From contig CAWDML010000003.1 in the NCBI GenBank assembly GCA_963803435.1, forward strand, positions 352,001 to 416,000: a stretch of 64,000 bases of DNA, in the 5' to 3' direction. The notes beneath the pieces are model-generated. The model saw nothing but the letters and a program-made list of their open reading frames with translations, ran no database searches and was not told the origin of the DNA. The position numbers were made by a program, and so were the translations under genes. Position 1 is the first letter of the stretch; every line of letters begins with the position of its first letter. The DNA is from an uncultured delta proteobacterium. GTDB taxonomy: Bacteria; Myxococcota; Kuafuiibacteriia; Kuafuiibacteriales; Kuafuiibacteriaceae. Shown one piece after another: positions 1 through 11,507 of this stretch.

Positions 1-129
1 GGGCGAGCCTCGCCCGGCGGTAGGCGCAAGGATCACCGGGTCGAGCCCGCGGATCCGTGGAGAGGCATCGGGCGTAGTGCATCCAGATGGGACTTTGCGA
101 CGAACTCAGGGACGGAGTAAGCGCGAAGC

Positions 130-858
130 GTGCCGGAGACCCTTCTTCCGCGCATTGCGGCCGGCGATCCGGACGCAGTCCAAGCGTGCATCCGCCGTTA
201 CGGCGGACTGGTGTGGTCGCTCGCCCTCCGGATGTCCCGCTCGCGCGAGGACGCTGAGGACGCCGTGCAGGAGATCTTCATCAGCCTCTGGAAGAGCGCC
301 GATCGGTTCGACCCGAGCCGCGCCACCGAGGTCACCTTCATCGCGATGGTCGCACGGCGGCGCTTGATCGATCGGCGCCGGGCGGCCCAGCGTCGGCCGG
401 AGGAGGCGACGCTGAACCTCTATCCGCCCTACGTGGGCGCGGGCATCCGCGTGGCCGACGTGACCGCCGACTTCTCCCGGTGGGACGTCGAGATGAGGCT
501 GACCCGGTTCAACCGGAACTACTTCGGCACGCACTTCGGCGGCTCGCTCTATGCGATGTGCGATCCCTTCTACCTGCTGATCGTCACCAAGAGCCTCGGG
601 CCCGAGTACATCGTCTGGGACAAGGAGGCGGTGATTCGTTTCAAACGACCAGGCCGCGGTCGTGTGCGCGCACGCTTCGAAGTGTCGAGGGATCGGCTCG
701 ACGCGATCCGGGACGAGGCGGATCGGAAGAGAAAGGTGGAGCCTGTCTTCTTCGCGGAGGTTCGCGATGAGGCCGATCGGATCGTCGCCGAGATCGAGAA
801 ACGGATCTATGTGCGAAAGAAGGGGCCGTACTCCGTCGATCAGTTCTCGGCCCCGTGA
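130..858 (+). CDS. ECF sigma factor region 2 fused in frame to a DUF4442/YiiD-like hotdog-fold domain (no sigma region 4)
   Basis: N-half has DAEDAVQEIFISLWKSADRFDP...FIAMVARRRLID (ECF region 2); C-half has LNLYPPYVGAGIRV...NRNYFGTHFGGSLYAMCDP...VWDK (DUF4442-type). GTG start. Confidence 0.75.
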   Translation: MPETLLPRIAAGDPDAVQACIRRYGGLVWSLALRMSRSREDAEDAVQEIFISLWKSADRFDPSRATEVTFIAMVARRRLIDRRRAAQRRPEEATLNLYPPYVGAGIRVADVTADFSRWDVEMRLTRFNRNYFGTHFGGSLYAMCDPFYLLIVTKSLGPEYIVWDKEAVIRFKRPGRGRVRARFEVSRDRLDAIRDEADRKRKVEPVFFAEVRDEADRIVAEIEKRIYVRKKGPYSVDQFSAP

Positions 859-872
859 TATCTGTTCGGTCC

Positions 873-1736
873 ATGAGCGAACGTTCCGTGCTGGTCACGG
901 GAGCGACCGGACGACAGGGTGGAGCCGTGGCCCGATCCCTCAGGGATCGCGGTCATCGGGTGCGCGCCGTGGCGCGCGATCCGAGCAAGGCGGAGGTCTT
1001 GCGATCCATGGGGGTGGAGGTCGTCGCGGGGTCGTTCGACGATCCCGGCGCGATCGCGGCGGCGGCTGCGGGGATGGAGGCGATGTTCGCCGTGACCACG
1101 CCGGCGCTGGGCGCGGAGCGGGAGCGGGCGCAGGGACGGACGCTGGCGGAGGCCGCGCGGGCCGCCGGCGTGGGCCACCTGGTGTTGAGCTCGGCGGCCG
1201 GCGCCGATCGGGAGACCGGGATCCCGCACTTCGAGAGCAAGCGCGCCGTCGAGCGGCACTGCGCGGATCTGGGGATCGACTTCACCGTGGTGGCGCCCGC
1301 CTCCTTCTTCGAGAACGTGCAGTCCTTCGGAAACGGTGCCGAGGTGGCGCAGGGCTGGTTCCGCCAGCCGCTGGCGTCCTCCACGCGGCTCGCCCAGGTC
1401 GCAGTCGAGGACATCGGGCGTTTCGTCGCGAAGGTGATCGAGGTCGGCGTGCCGTTCTTCGGCCGCCGGATCGAGCTCGCCGGCGACACGCTGACGGGAC
1501 CGGAGATGGCGGCTGTCCTGTCGAAGGCGACCGGCCGCGCGGTCGAGTATCTCGAGCAGCCGATCGAGGACGTCGCCTCGCCCGATCTGCGCGCGATGTA
1601 CGCGTGGTTGGATCGGGGCGGTTGCCAGGTCGACGTCGAGGCCCTCGAGCGCGAGCACCCCGAGGTGGGCTGGCACAGCTTCGAGAGCTGGGCCTGCGAG
1701 CAGGACTGGGATCGGCTGCTCAGCGCTGCCGCTTGA
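873..1736 (+). CDS. NmrA/HSCARG family NAD(P)-binding protein
   Basis: VLVTGATGRQGGAVA Rossmann motif and GIPHFESK; ATG at 873 preferred over the track start at 855. Confidence 0.9.
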   Translation: MSERSVLVTGATGRQGGAVARSLRDRGHRVRAVARDPSKAEVLRSMGVEVVAGSFDDPGAIAAAAAGMEAMFAVTTPALGAERERAQGRTLAEAARAAGVGHLVLSSAAGADRETGIPHFESKRAVERHCADLGIDFTVVAPASFFENVQSFGNGAEVAQGWFRQPLASSTRLAQVAVEDIGRFVAKVIEVGVPFFGRRIELAGDTLTGPEMAAVLSKATGRAVEYLEQPIEDVASPDLRAMYAWLDRGGCQVDVEALEREHPEVGWHSFESWACEQDWDRLLSAAA

Positions 1737-2868
1737 TCGAGGTCTTCCGCTTCGCCTTCTTCTTCTTGGGCTTTTGAAGCCGGGTCACCGGCGGGCGGTT
1801 CTTTCTCGATCGCATCGCGAACGGAGCCTGCGCCCCGCGCACCACCAGGTGCGGATCGAGCCACGCGAAGATCGTGACCTCGTCGCGATCGTAGACCAGC
1901 TGTCGGGCGCGCAGCCCGCGCCAGCCGGCGTCCTCGAGCATCGCGACGATGGCGGCCAGCATCTCGGCGCGCTTCTTCATCGGCAGCTTGATGTTGGCGA
2001 TCAGCTGGCGGGCCCAGACGCGGCGACCCCACTTGGCGAGGAGCTTGCCCACCTCGAACGGCCGCCAGGCCATGTCGCACAGGACCCAGTCGAGGGTCTC
2101 CTCGGGCACAAACTCGAACGCGCTCTGCTGCAGGTGCTTGAAGCGCCGGGGCGGGAGATCGATCTTGATGCGCGCCGGATCGACGGCGATGACGCTCGCG
2201 CCGCGCTCGACGGCGATCTGGGACCAGCCGCCCGGCGCGGCACCCAGATCGGCCACCTGATCGCCCGGCTCGGGTCCGACGCCGATCCAGCGGATCGCCT
2301 CGTCCAGCTTGAGGCCCGACCGCGAGGGCGAGTCCTCCGCGCGCCGGAGGCGCACGCGACCGCCCGGCGAGGCGGAGAGGGCCTCGCTCACGTGGGTCAC
2401 GCCAATCAGCACGCCGGTGTCGTCGACCGGCCAGACTTGCACCAAGCGATCGGCGTCGGTCGGATCGGCGACCTGGCGCGCGCGGATCTGCGGAGAGAGT
2501 CGGACCGAGAGCGCCTCCTCGAGCAGCGCGGTCGACCTCTCGACCCAGCGGCGGCGCGGGTCCCGCGGATCCTTCGAGTCGGGGACCACGATCTGGAGGC
2601 ACCAGCGCCAGGGCTCGGCCCTCGCGGGCATGCGCTTGTGCATCTGCTCCGCGATCTCGTCCGCGAGGGGCTCGATCTCCAGGTCCGCGCGGTCGGCCTC
2701 GGTCCGCATGGCCTGGCGTGCAAACGCGGGCTCCTTGAGCTTCCCCTCCGCGTCCTTCAGGCGCTCGTGCACCAGCACGACACCTTCGCCGATCGTCTCG
2801 GCCATTTCGCCGAGCTCCTGGACCAGGTCTCGTTCCCAGCCGCTGCGACAGAGAAACGCCCAACTCAA
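1720..2868 (-). CDS. rlmM: 23S rRNA C2498 2'-O-methyltransferase (RlmM-like)
   Basis: PSRSGLKLDEA, DLGAAPGGW, WVLCDMA and NIKLPMKKR motifs. Start uncertain; TTG at 2868 proposed. Confidence 0.8.
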   Translation of the reverse strand: MSWAFLCRSGWERDLVQELGEMAETIGEGVVLVHERLKDAEGKLKEPAFARQAMRTEADRADLEIEPLADEIAEQMHKRMPARAEPWRWCLQIVVPDSKDPRDPRRRWVERSTALLEEALSVRLSPQIRARQVADPTDADRLVQVWPVDDTGVLIGVTHVSEALSASPGGRVRLRRAEDSPSRSGLKLDEAIRWIGVGPEPGDQVADLGAAPGGWSQIAVERGASVIAVDPARIKIDLPPRRFKHLQQSAFEFVPEETLDWVLCDMAWRPFEVGKLLAKWGRRVWARQLIANIKLPMKKRAEMLAAIVAMLEDAGWRGLRARQLVYDRDEVTIFAWLDPHLVVRGAQAPFAMRSRKNRPPVTRLQKPKKKKAKRKTSIKRQR

Positions 2869-2948
2869 AGCGGTCGAGGTTGTGAGCGCACGATCGGGAG
2901 CAGTCAAGAGCCTTGCCCGAGGCCCACGGACGTAGTACCCGCGCCGCA

Positions 2949-4598
2949 ATGCCGCAGTCTGCGGAGTTTCTGACGGCGGTGGTGTTCCTCCCCCTCGTCG
3001 GCGCGATCCTGCTGGCGCTGTTTCCGGCCGAGGATCATCGGAATCTCAAGGCCACGGCGCTCGGCGTGAGCGTCATCGATCTGGTCCTGGCGCTGTTGCT
3101 CTGGGGCGGCTTCCGCGTCGAGAACCCCGGCTATCAGTTCGCCGCCTCGGTCCCGTGGATCGAGAGCTTCGGCATCTCGTACAAGATCGGGATCGACGGG
3201 ATCTCGCTGACGCTGATCGTGCTGACGGCGATCCTGATGCCGCTGACCCTCCTGGGCGCCTGGAAGGCGATCGACCGGCGCGTCAAGGAGTTCGTGATCG
3301 CGATGCTCCTCCTCGAGACCGGCATGTTGGGGGCGTTCGTCGCGCTGGATCTGTTCCTCTTCTACGTCTTCTGGGAGGCGATGCTGATCCCGATGTACTT
3401 CCTCATCGGGGTCTGGGGCGGGAGCCGCCGGGTCTACGCCGCCATCAAGTTCTTCATCTTCACGATGGTCGGCTCGCTCTTGATGCTGATCGCGATCCTC
3501 TACGTTGCGAACCAGCCCGACGGCTCGTGGAGCTTCGCCCTCGACGCCGCCCTGCGCCGCAGCTTCACCGGCTCCGAGGCCAACTGGCTCTTCGGCGCGT
3601 TCGCGCTGGCCTTCGCCATCAAGGTCCCGATGTTCCCGGTGCACACCTGGCTGCCGGACGCGCACGTCGAGGCGCCTACGGCCGGCTCGGTGATCCTGGC
3701 CGGCGTGCTGCTCAAGCTCGGGGTCTACGGCTTCATCCGCTTCGCCTTCCCGCTCTTCCCCGACGCCGCGCTCATTTATCTCCCGGTCATCGGCTGGCTC
3801 GCGGTCATCGGCATCATCTACGGCGCGCTGGTCGCCTGGGTGCAGCCGGACATGAAGAAGCTGGTGGCGTATTCCTCGGTCAGCCACCTCGGCTTCTGCA
3901 TGTTGGGGCTGGCGGCGATGACCATCGAGGGCGTCTCGGGCGCCGTGTTCGTGATGATCGCCCACGGCATCTCCACCGGCGCGCTCTTCCTCCTGGTCGG
4001 CGTCCTCTACGAGCGCCGCCACACCCGCGCGCTGGCGGACTACGGCGGTCTGGCCAAGCGCGCCCCGATCTTCGCCTTCTTCCTGGTGATGACCGCGATG
4101 GCGAGCGCGGGTCTCCCGGCGCTCTGCGGCTTCCCCGGCGAGTTCCTGGTGCTCCTCGGCACCTTCACCGCCGGCGGGCTCCGCACGATCTGGGCGATCG
4201 TCGCCGGCACCGGGGTCATCCTGGCTGCGGTCTATCTGCTCTGGATGGTGCAGAAGGTGCTGTTTGGTCCGCTGCAGAACCCGGCCAACGACAAGATCTC
4301 CGACATGAACGTGCGCGAGATCCTGGTCCTGGCGCCGCTCATGGCGCTCGCGATCCTCCTGGGCGTGAAGCCGAGCATCGTGCTGGATCGCATCGAGCCG
4401 TCGGTGCAGCGCTTCGTGGTGCAGGTGCATCAGCGCGCGCAGGTCCCGCCGTACCGGGCCGACCACGGCGCCCTCAAGAAGAAGGTCCTGACGCCGATCC
4501 GGCCCACCGGGGTGATCCGCCGGATGGATCAGCGATTCCGCCCGGGCCGTGTCTTCGACTCGGTCGGAAGCCCGATCCAGCAAGGAAAAGAGCGATGA
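2949..4598 (+). CDS. nuoM: NADH-quinone oxidoreductase subunit M
   Basis: FYVFWEAMLIPMYFLIG, KVPMFPVHTWLPDAHVEAPT and KKLVAYSSVSH; many TM helices. Confidence 0.95.
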   Translation: MPQSAEFLTAVVFLPLVGAILLALFPAEDHRNLKATALGVSVIDLVLALLLWGGFRVENPGYQFAASVPWIESFGISYKIGIDGISLTLIVLTAILMPLTLLGAWKAIDRRVKEFVIAMLLLETGMLGAFVALDLFLFYVFWEAMLIPMYFLIGVWGGSRRVYAAIKFFIFTMVGSLLMLIAILYVANQPDGSWSFALDAALRRSFTGSEANWLFGAFALAFAIKVPMFPVHTWLPDAHVEAPTAGSVILAGVLLKLGVYGFIRFAFPLFPDAALIYLPVIGWLAVIGIIYGALVAWVQPDMKKLVAYSSVSHLGFCMLGLAAMTIEGVSGAVFVMIAHGISTGALFLLVGVLYERRHTRALADYGGLAKRAPIFAFFLVMTAMASAGLPALCGFPGEFLVLLGTFTAGGLRTIWAIVAGTGVILAAVYLLWMVQKVLFGPLQNPANDKISDMNVREILVLAPLMALAILLGVKPSIVLDRIEPSVQRFVVQVHQRAQVPPYRADHGALKKKVLTPIRPTGVIRRMDQRFRPGRVFDSVGSPIQQGKER

Positions 4599-6100
4599 CG
4601 GTCACCAGCGCCGATCTCCTCCCGCTCCTGCCCGCCGGCATTCTGGTCCTGACGGCGGTCCTGCTCCTCATGTACGAGGTGTTCTCGAACCAGAGCGATC
4701 GCACCTACTGCGCCACGATCTCGGTGATCGGCCTGGGCCTCGCGCTCTGCTTCGTGGCATCGGAGCTGTCGCAGCCCACCCACCTGCTGTTCGCGGTGGG
4801 CCCGCGGGCCGCGCCGCTGATCGTCGACCCGTTCGCCCGCCTCGCCTCCATCATCGTCCTCACGGCCGGGATCATCGCCAGCCTGCTCTCACCGGGCTAC
4901 GTGAAGAACGCCCGCTGCGACAGCGGTGAGTACTACGCCCTCATGCTCTTCTCGATCGTCGGGATGATGGTCATGGTGATGGCCGGCGATCTGATCACGT
5001 TCTTCCTCGGCCTCGAGACCATGTCGGTCGCCGTCTATGCGCTGACGGGCCTGCGCCGGAACGACCCCCGCTCCTCGGAGGCCGCGCTCAAGTACTTCCT
5101 CATGGGGGCGTTCGCCACCGGCTTCCTCCTCTTCGGCATCGCGCTCGTCTACGGCATGACCGGCTCGGTGGCGCTCCGCGATCTGGCCCACTCCCTCGCG
5201 GCCGTCGATCCGTTCCTCCATCAGCCGCTCCTCGGCCTCGGCCTGGTGCTGATCGTGGTCGGCTTCGCGTTCAAGATCGCCGCCGTCCCGTTCCACATGT
5301 GGGCCCCCGACGTCTACGAGGGCGCGCCCACGCCGATCAGCGGCTTCATGGCCGTCGCCGTCAAAGCGGCCGCCTTCGTCGCGCTGCTCCGCCTGGTCGT
5401 CGTCGGCTTCGCCGCCACCGAGACCGCCGACCCCACCTGGCTCCGCCTCCTCTCCGCCCTCGCGGTCCTCACCATCCTCGTCGGCAACGTCCTGGCCCTG
5501 GTCCAGCAGAACGTGAAGCGGATGCTCGCCTACTCCTCCATCGCCCACGCCGGCTACCTCCTCATCGGCGTGGTCGTCGCCGGCCTCGGCTACGAGCAAG
5601 CCGGCGCCGCCGTCCTCTTCTACCTCACGACCTATACGTTCATGACCCTGGGCGCCTTCGGCGTCCTCGCCTTCCTCGAACGCAAGGACGGCGGCATCGA
5701 GTCGGAACGCTTCGGAGCCTACGCCGGCATCGGCTACAAGCACCCGGCCCTCGGCGCCGCGATGGTGCTCTTCATGATCTCCCTCGGCGGCCTCCCCCCG
5801 ACCGGCGGCTTCTTCGGCAAGCTGTATCTCTTCTCCGCCGCCATCAAGGCCGGCCAGACCAACCTCGCCCTGGTCGGTATCCTCGGCTCGGTGATCAGCA
5901 TCTACTACTACCTCCGCGTGGTCGTGGCCTTCTACATGAAGGAGGTCCCCGATCCCGGCCCCACCCCCCAAGCCACCCGCTCCACCCCCCTCACCCTCGG
6001 CCTCGCCCTCGCCGCCGCCGGCGTCCTCTACCTCGGCCTGTTCCCCACCGCCTGGATCGAGCTCGGCCGCCGCGCGATGGAGTCCCTGCTGCCCTCCTGA
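4595..6100 (+). CDS. nuoN: NADH-quinone oxidoreductase subunit N
   Basis: SEAALKYF, FKIAAVPFHMWAPDVYEGAP and KRMLAYSSIAHAGY; ATGA overlap with the nuoM stop. Confidence 0.95.
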   Translation: MTVTSADLLPLLPAGILVLTAVLLLMYEVFSNQSDRTYCATISVIGLGLALCFVASELSQPTHLLFAVGPRAAPLIVDPFARLASIIVLTAGIIASLLSPGYVKNARCDSGEYYALMLFSIVGMMVMVMAGDLITFFLGLETMSVAVYALTGLRRNDPRSSEAALKYFLMGAFATGFLLFGIALVYGMTGSVALRDLAHSLAAVDPFLHQPLLGLGLVLIVVGFAFKIAAVPFHMWAPDVYEGAPTPISGFMAVAVKAAAFVALLRLVVVGFAATETADPTWLRLLSALAVLTILVGNVLALVQQNVKRMLAYSSIAHAGYLLIGVVVAGLGYEQAGAAVLFYLTTYTFMTLGAFGVLAFLERKDGGIESERFGAYAGIGYKHPALGAAMVLFMISLGGLPPTGGFFGKLYLFSAAIKAGQTNLALVGILGSVISIYYYLRVVVAFYMKEVPDPGPTPQATRSTPLTLGLALAAAGVLYLGLFPTAWIELGRRAMESLLPS

Positions 6101-6129
6101 GGACTCGGTCCAGACGGAGTCCCCAAAAT

Positions 6130-6522
6130 TCAGGTCGAGGGCTGGATCAGGTCCCAGCGGTTGCCGAAGGCGTCCTCGAAGACGGCGACGGTGCCGTAGG
6201 GTTCGCGGCGGGGGGGTTCCAGGAAGTGGACGCCGCGGGAGGTGAGGGCGGTGTGGTCGCGGGCGAAGTCGTCGGTGTGGAGGAAGAGGAAGACGCGGCC
6301 GCCGGCCTGGTGGCCGATGGCGGCGGTCTGGGAGGGGGTGGTGGCCTTGGCCAGGAGGAGGGCGGTCTCTTGGGCGCCGGGGGGCTGGACGACGACCCAG
6401 CGCTTGCCGTCGGGCTGGGGCGTGTCCTCCCGGAGCGCGAAGCCGAGCCGGGTGGTGTAGTAGGCGATCGCGTCGTCGTAGTCCGGGACCAGGAGGGCAA
6501 TCAGCGCGAGGGACTGTTTCAT
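6130..6522 (-). CDS. VOC/glyoxalase family protein
   Basis: VPDYDDAIAYY, GGRVFLFLHTDDF and EPYGTVAVFEDAFGNRWDL. Confidence 0.9.
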   Translation of the reverse strand: MKQSLALIALLVPDYDDAIAYYTTRLGFALREDTPQPDGKRWVVVQPPGAQETALLLAKATTPSQTAAIGHQAGGRVFLFLHTDDFARDHTALTSRGVHFLEPPRREPYGTVAVFEDAFGNRWDLIQPST

Positions 6523-6535
6523 GGGTCTTTTCTCG

Positions 6536-6571
6536 TTGACACCCCTGCCAGGGTTTGGTTAATGCGCCTCC
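6536..6571 (+). promoter_or_regulatory. Candidate sigma70 promoter of the str operon
   Basis: TTGACA at 6536, then 16-17 nt, then GTTAAT followed by the GC-rich discriminator GCGCCTCC. The -10 match is imperfect. Confidence 0.45.
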
Positions 6572-6925
6572 TCTCGGGTGTAGGCGTGTCTACGCCCGAC
6601 GGAAGGAGGGACAGGGGACGCTGAAGGATCGGTGAACGGACCTCGAGATATCGGCCCGCAGTCGCGACGCAATCGAGCGAAGAGCGCACGGGACATGATC
6701 GAGAGAGACGCGACCTTCGGCAAGAGACGAGACTGAACGCGACCTTGGGTGCAAAGCCTTCGGGCAGTAATACCCAAGCGCGGAAGCGGGCGCACCAGCG
6801 GCCGCAGCAAGTCTGGCTCCCAGCCAGAGAACGACTCACTCCCCTGGATCTCCGAGAGCGAACACCTGGAAGGCGTTCGGGGCAGCGTGTTTTCGCTGGT
6901 CCAAACGCGAAGCGGAGCCGAGCGA
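6567..6925 (+). promoter_or_regulatory. Long structured 5' leader of rpsL
   Basis: Hairpin 6574-6599 extended by CCTCCT/AGGAGG; hairpin 6744-6778 capped by C(UUCG)G; direct repeat ACGCGACCTT at 6708 and 6737. Confidence 0.4.
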
Positions 6926-7321
6926 ATGCCAACGATCAACCAGTTGATCCGGAAGGCGCGGAAAGATCCTCCTTTCAAGACGAAGTCGCCTGCGTTGAAG
7001 AACTGTCCGCAGCGGCGTGGGGTCTGCGTCCGTGTCTACACGTCCACGCCGAAGAAGCCGAACTCGGCGCTCCGGAAGGTGGCGCGCGTGCGCCTCACCA
7101 ACGGGATCGAGATCACCGCGTACATCGGCGGTGAGGGCCACAACCTCCAGGAGCACTCGGTGGTCCTGGTGCGCGGCGGCCGCGTGAAGGACCTGCCCGG
7201 CGTTCGGTACCACATCGTACGAGGCACCCTGGACGCCTCGGCGGCCGAGGGGCCGTCGAACACCAACAAGCTCAAGCGCAACCAGGGCCGCTCCAAGTAT
7301 GGCGTGAAGAGGGCGAGGTAA
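6926..7321 (+). CDS. rpsL: 30S ribosomal protein S12
   Basis: [25 protein letters not shown] and [11 protein letters not shown]. Confidence 0.99.
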   Translation: MPTINQLIRKARKDPPFKTKSPALKNCPQRRGVCVRVYTSTPKKPNSALRKVARVRLTNGIEITAYIGGEGHNLQEHSVVLVRGGRVKDLPGVRYHIVRGTLDASAAEGPSNTNKLKRNQGRSKYGVKRAR

Positions 7322-7324
7322 TCG

Positions 7325-7795
7325 ATGCGTCGTCGAGAGTCACCGAAGCGCAAAGTCCTGGCGGATCCCAAGTACAAGGATCGCCTCGTCACCAAGTTCA
7401 TCAACGCCTTGATGAGCGACGGCAAGAAGTCGACCGCCGAGCGGATCTGCTACGGCGCCTTCGACATCGTCGCGCACAAGAACAACGAGGAGGACGCCCT
7501 CTCGCTGTTCAAGAAGGCGCTCGAGAACGTGAAGCCGCGGATCGAGGTCAAGTCTCGGCGCGTCGGTGGTGCCACGTTCCAGGTCCCGGTCGAGGTTCGG
7601 CCCGAGCGGCGCACGTCGCTCGGCATGCGCTGGTTGATCTCCTTCGCCGACAAGCGGGCGGAGAAGACCATGCGCGAGAAGCTCGCGGGCGAGATCTTGG
7701 ATGCAGCCGCCGGTCGCGGCGCTGCGGTGAAGAAGCGGGAGGAGACCCACAAGATGGCGGAAGCCAACAAGGCCTTCGCCCACTTCAGATGGTAA
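7325..7795 (+). CDS. rpsG: 30S ribosomal protein S7
   Basis: [12 protein letters not shown] and [15 protein letters not shown]. Confidence 0.99.
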   Translation: MRRRESPKRKVLADPKYKDRLVTKFINALMSDGKKSTAERICYGAFDIVAHKNNEEDALSLFKKALENVKPRIEVKSRRVGGATFQVPVEVRPERRTSLGMRWLISFADKRAEKTMREKLAGEILDAAAGRGAAVKKREETHKMAEANKAFAHFRW

Positions 7796-7836
7796 AGGGG
7801 TAACGCAAGGTAGCTTGCAACTCCGATGGAAGCGTC

Positions 7837-9927
7837 ATGGCCATCCAGTTTGGGAATACACCGCTCGAGCGGGTCCGAAACATCGGAATCATGGCGCACA
7901 TCGACGCCGGCAAGACGACTACGACCGAACGCATCCTCTTCTACACGGGCGTCGAGCATCGGATGGGAGAGGTTCACGACGGCGCGGCCACCATGGATTG
8001 GATGATTCAAGAGCAGGAGCGGGGGATCACGATCACCTCCGCCTCGACGACGTGTTCGTGGATCGATCACCAGATCAACGTGATCGACACGCCTGGGCAC
8101 GTCGACTTCACCATGGAGGTGGAGCGCTCGCTGCGTGTGCTCGACGGCGCCGTCGCCGTGTTCGACGCGGTCAACGGCGTCGAGCCCCAGTCCGAGACCG
8201 TCTGGCGGCAGGCCGACAAGTATCGCGTGCCGCGCATCTGCTTCATCAACAAGATGGACAAGACGGGCGCCGACTTCGCCTGGTCGGTCTCCACCATCGC
8301 CGGGCGTCTTCGCGCCAAGCCGGTCGCGGTGCAGCTCCCGGTCGGCGCCGAGGACGAGTTCATCGGCGTCATCGACATCATCGAGCAGAAGCAGATCATC
8401 TGGGACTCCGAGACCCTGGGCGCCAAGTTCCACTTCGAGCCCATCCCCGCCGACCGCCTCGAAGAGGTGGAGGCGGCCCGGGATCGCCTGTTCGACGCCG
8501 TCGCCGACTGCGATCCCGACGTCGAGCGCAAGTACCTCGAGGGCGCCGACATCAGCCCCGACGAGATCCGCCGGGCGGTTCGCAAGGCCACGCTGGCGCT
8601 GAAGGCCTTCCCGGTGGTGTGCGGCTCCTCGTTCAAGAACAAGGGCGTGCAGCCGCTCTTGGACGCGGCCGTTTACTACCTCCCCTCGCCGAGCGACGTA
8701 CCGCCGGTCGAGGCCCATCGCGTGGGACGCGACGAGCTCGACACGGTCCGCGCCGATCCGGACGGGCCCTTCGTGGCGCTGGCCTTCAAGATCATGTCGG
8801 ATCAGGTCGGCAACCTGACGTACCTCCGGATCTACTCGGGCCACATCGAGAGCGGGACCCAGGTCTACAACGCCTCGAAGGGCAAGAAGGAGCGGATCGG
8901 TCGCCTCCTGCGCATGCACGCGAACAAGCGCGAGGACGTGAGCTCGGTGGGCGCCGGACAAATCGTCGCGGTGGTGGGCCTCAAGCACACGACCACGGGC
9001 GACACGCTCTGCATGATCGATCGGCCGGTGCTCCTCGAGTCCATCGAGATCCCGGAGCCGGTCATCTCCATCGCCATCGAGCCCAAGACGCGCGGCGACC
9101 AGGACAAGCTGGCCGGCGCGCTGGCCAAGCTCGCCATGGAGGATCCGTCGTTCTCCGTCCGCAACGACGAGGAGACCGGACAGACGCTGATCGCCGGGAT
9201 GGGCGAGCTCCACCTGGAGATCATCGTCGATCGCCTTCGCCGCCAGTTCCGCGTCGAGGCCAACATCGGCCGGCCGCAGGTCGCGTACCGCGAGACCGTC
9301 ACGCAGCACGTCGAGCACGAGACGCGGTTCATCCGGCAGACCGGCGGGCGCGGCCAGTACGGGCACGTCGTGATCACGTTGGGACCGGGCGAGCGCGGAT
9401 CGGGCATCGTCTTCGAGAACGAGATCGTCGGCGGTGTGGTCCCGAAGGAGTTCATCCCCGCGGTGGAGCACGGCATCCGCGAGGCCGCCGCCAACGGCGT
9501 CCTGGCCGGCTACCCGGTGGTGGACATCCAGGTCGCGCTGATCGACGGCAGCTACCACGAAGTCGACTCCTCGGAGATGGCCTTCAAGATCGCCGGTTCG
9601 ATGGCGTTCAAGGAGGCCGTCCACAAGGCGAAGCCGATCCTCCTCGAGCCGATCATGATCACCGAAGTCACCACGCCCGACGAGTACTGCGGTGATGTGA
9701 TCGGCGACCTCAACGCGCGACGCGGCAAGGTCACGGGGATGGACCCGCGGGCCGGCATTCAGATCGTCGGGTCGGAGGTTCCGCTCTCCAACATGTTCGG
9801 TTACGCGACCGATCTGCGGTCGCGTACGCAGGGGAGAGCGACCTTCACCATGAAGTTCGGATTCTACAACCCAGTCCCTTCGCACATCGCGGAGGAAGTT
9901 CTCGCCAAAGCCCAGGGGAGGCTGTGA
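7837..9927 (+). CDS. fusA: Elongation factor G
   Basis: [26 protein letters not shown] and GMGELHLEI. Confidence 0.99.
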   Translation: MAIQFGNTPLERVRNIGIMAHIDAGKTTTTERILFYTGVEHRMGEVHDGAATMDWMIQEQERGITITSASTTCSWIDHQINVIDTPGHVDFTMEVERSLRVLDGAVAVFDAVNGVEPQSETVWRQADKYRVPRICFINKMDKTGADFAWSVSTIAGRLRAKPVAVQLPVGAEDEFIGVIDIIEQKQIIWDSETLGAKFHFEPIPADRLEEVEAARDRLFDAVADCDPDVERKYLEGADISPDEIRRAVRKATLALKAFPVVCGSSFKNKGVQPLLDAAVYYLPSPSDVPPVEAHRVGRDELDTVRADPDGPFVALAFKIMSDQVGNLTYLRIYSGHIESGTQVYNASKGKKERIGRLLRMHANKREDVSSVGAGQIVAVVGLKHTTTGDTLCMIDRPVLLESIEIPEPVISIAIEPKTRGDQDKLAGALAKLAMEDPSFSVRNDEETGQTLIAGMGELHLEIIVDRLRRQFRVEANIGRPQVAYRETVTQHVEHETRFIRQTGGRGQYGHVVITLGPGERGSGIVFENEIVGGVVPKEFIPAVEHGIREAAANGVLAGYPVVDIQVALIDGSYHEVDSSEMAFKIAGSMAFKEAVHKAKPILLEPIMITEVTTPDEYCGDVIGDLNARRGKVTGMDPRAGIQIVGSEVPLSNMFGYATDLRSRTQGRATFTMKFGFYNPVPSHIAEEVLAKAQGRL

Positions 9928-9954
9928 ACCTTCCACTGAATGGAGTGAAGAAAG

Positions 9955-11160
<1,206 letters not shown>

Positions 11161-11183
11161 GCGACGAAGGGTAGGTAGTAGGT

Positions 11184-11498
11184 ATGGCCAACAAGTCGAC
11201 GAAGATCCGGATCCGGCTCAAGGCGTACGATCACCGGCTGCTCGATCAGGCAGTCGGCGAGATCGTCGAGTCCGCGCGCCGAACCGGAGCGAAGGTGGCT
11301 GGTCCCATCCCGCTGCCTACCTGCATCAACCGCTACACGGTTCTGCGCGGCCCGCACGTGGACAAGAAGAGCCGGGAGCAATTCGAGATCCGAACGCACA
11401 AGCGCGTGGTCGACATTCACGACCCCACGCCGCAGACGCTCGATGCGCTGATGAAGCTCGATCTGTCCGCAGGCGTGGACGTCGAGATCAAGAGCTAG
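11184..11498 (+). CDS. rpsJ: 30S ribosomal protein S10
   Basis: [14 protein letters not shown] and [12 protein letters not shown]. Confidence 0.99.
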   Translation: MANKSTKIRIRLKAYDHRLLDQAVGEIVESARRTGAKVAGPIPLPTCINRYTVLRGPHVDKKSREQFEIRTHKRVVDIHDPTPQTLDALMKLDLSAGVDVEIKS

Positions 11499-11507
11499 GA
11501 GCAGGCG

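Noticed and set aside
3155-4594. 981-aa track ORF implying a long N-terminal extension on NuoN
   Set aside because: The upstream part is an alternative frame of nuoM; the real start is the ATG at 4595, which has an SD and overlaps the nuoM stop.
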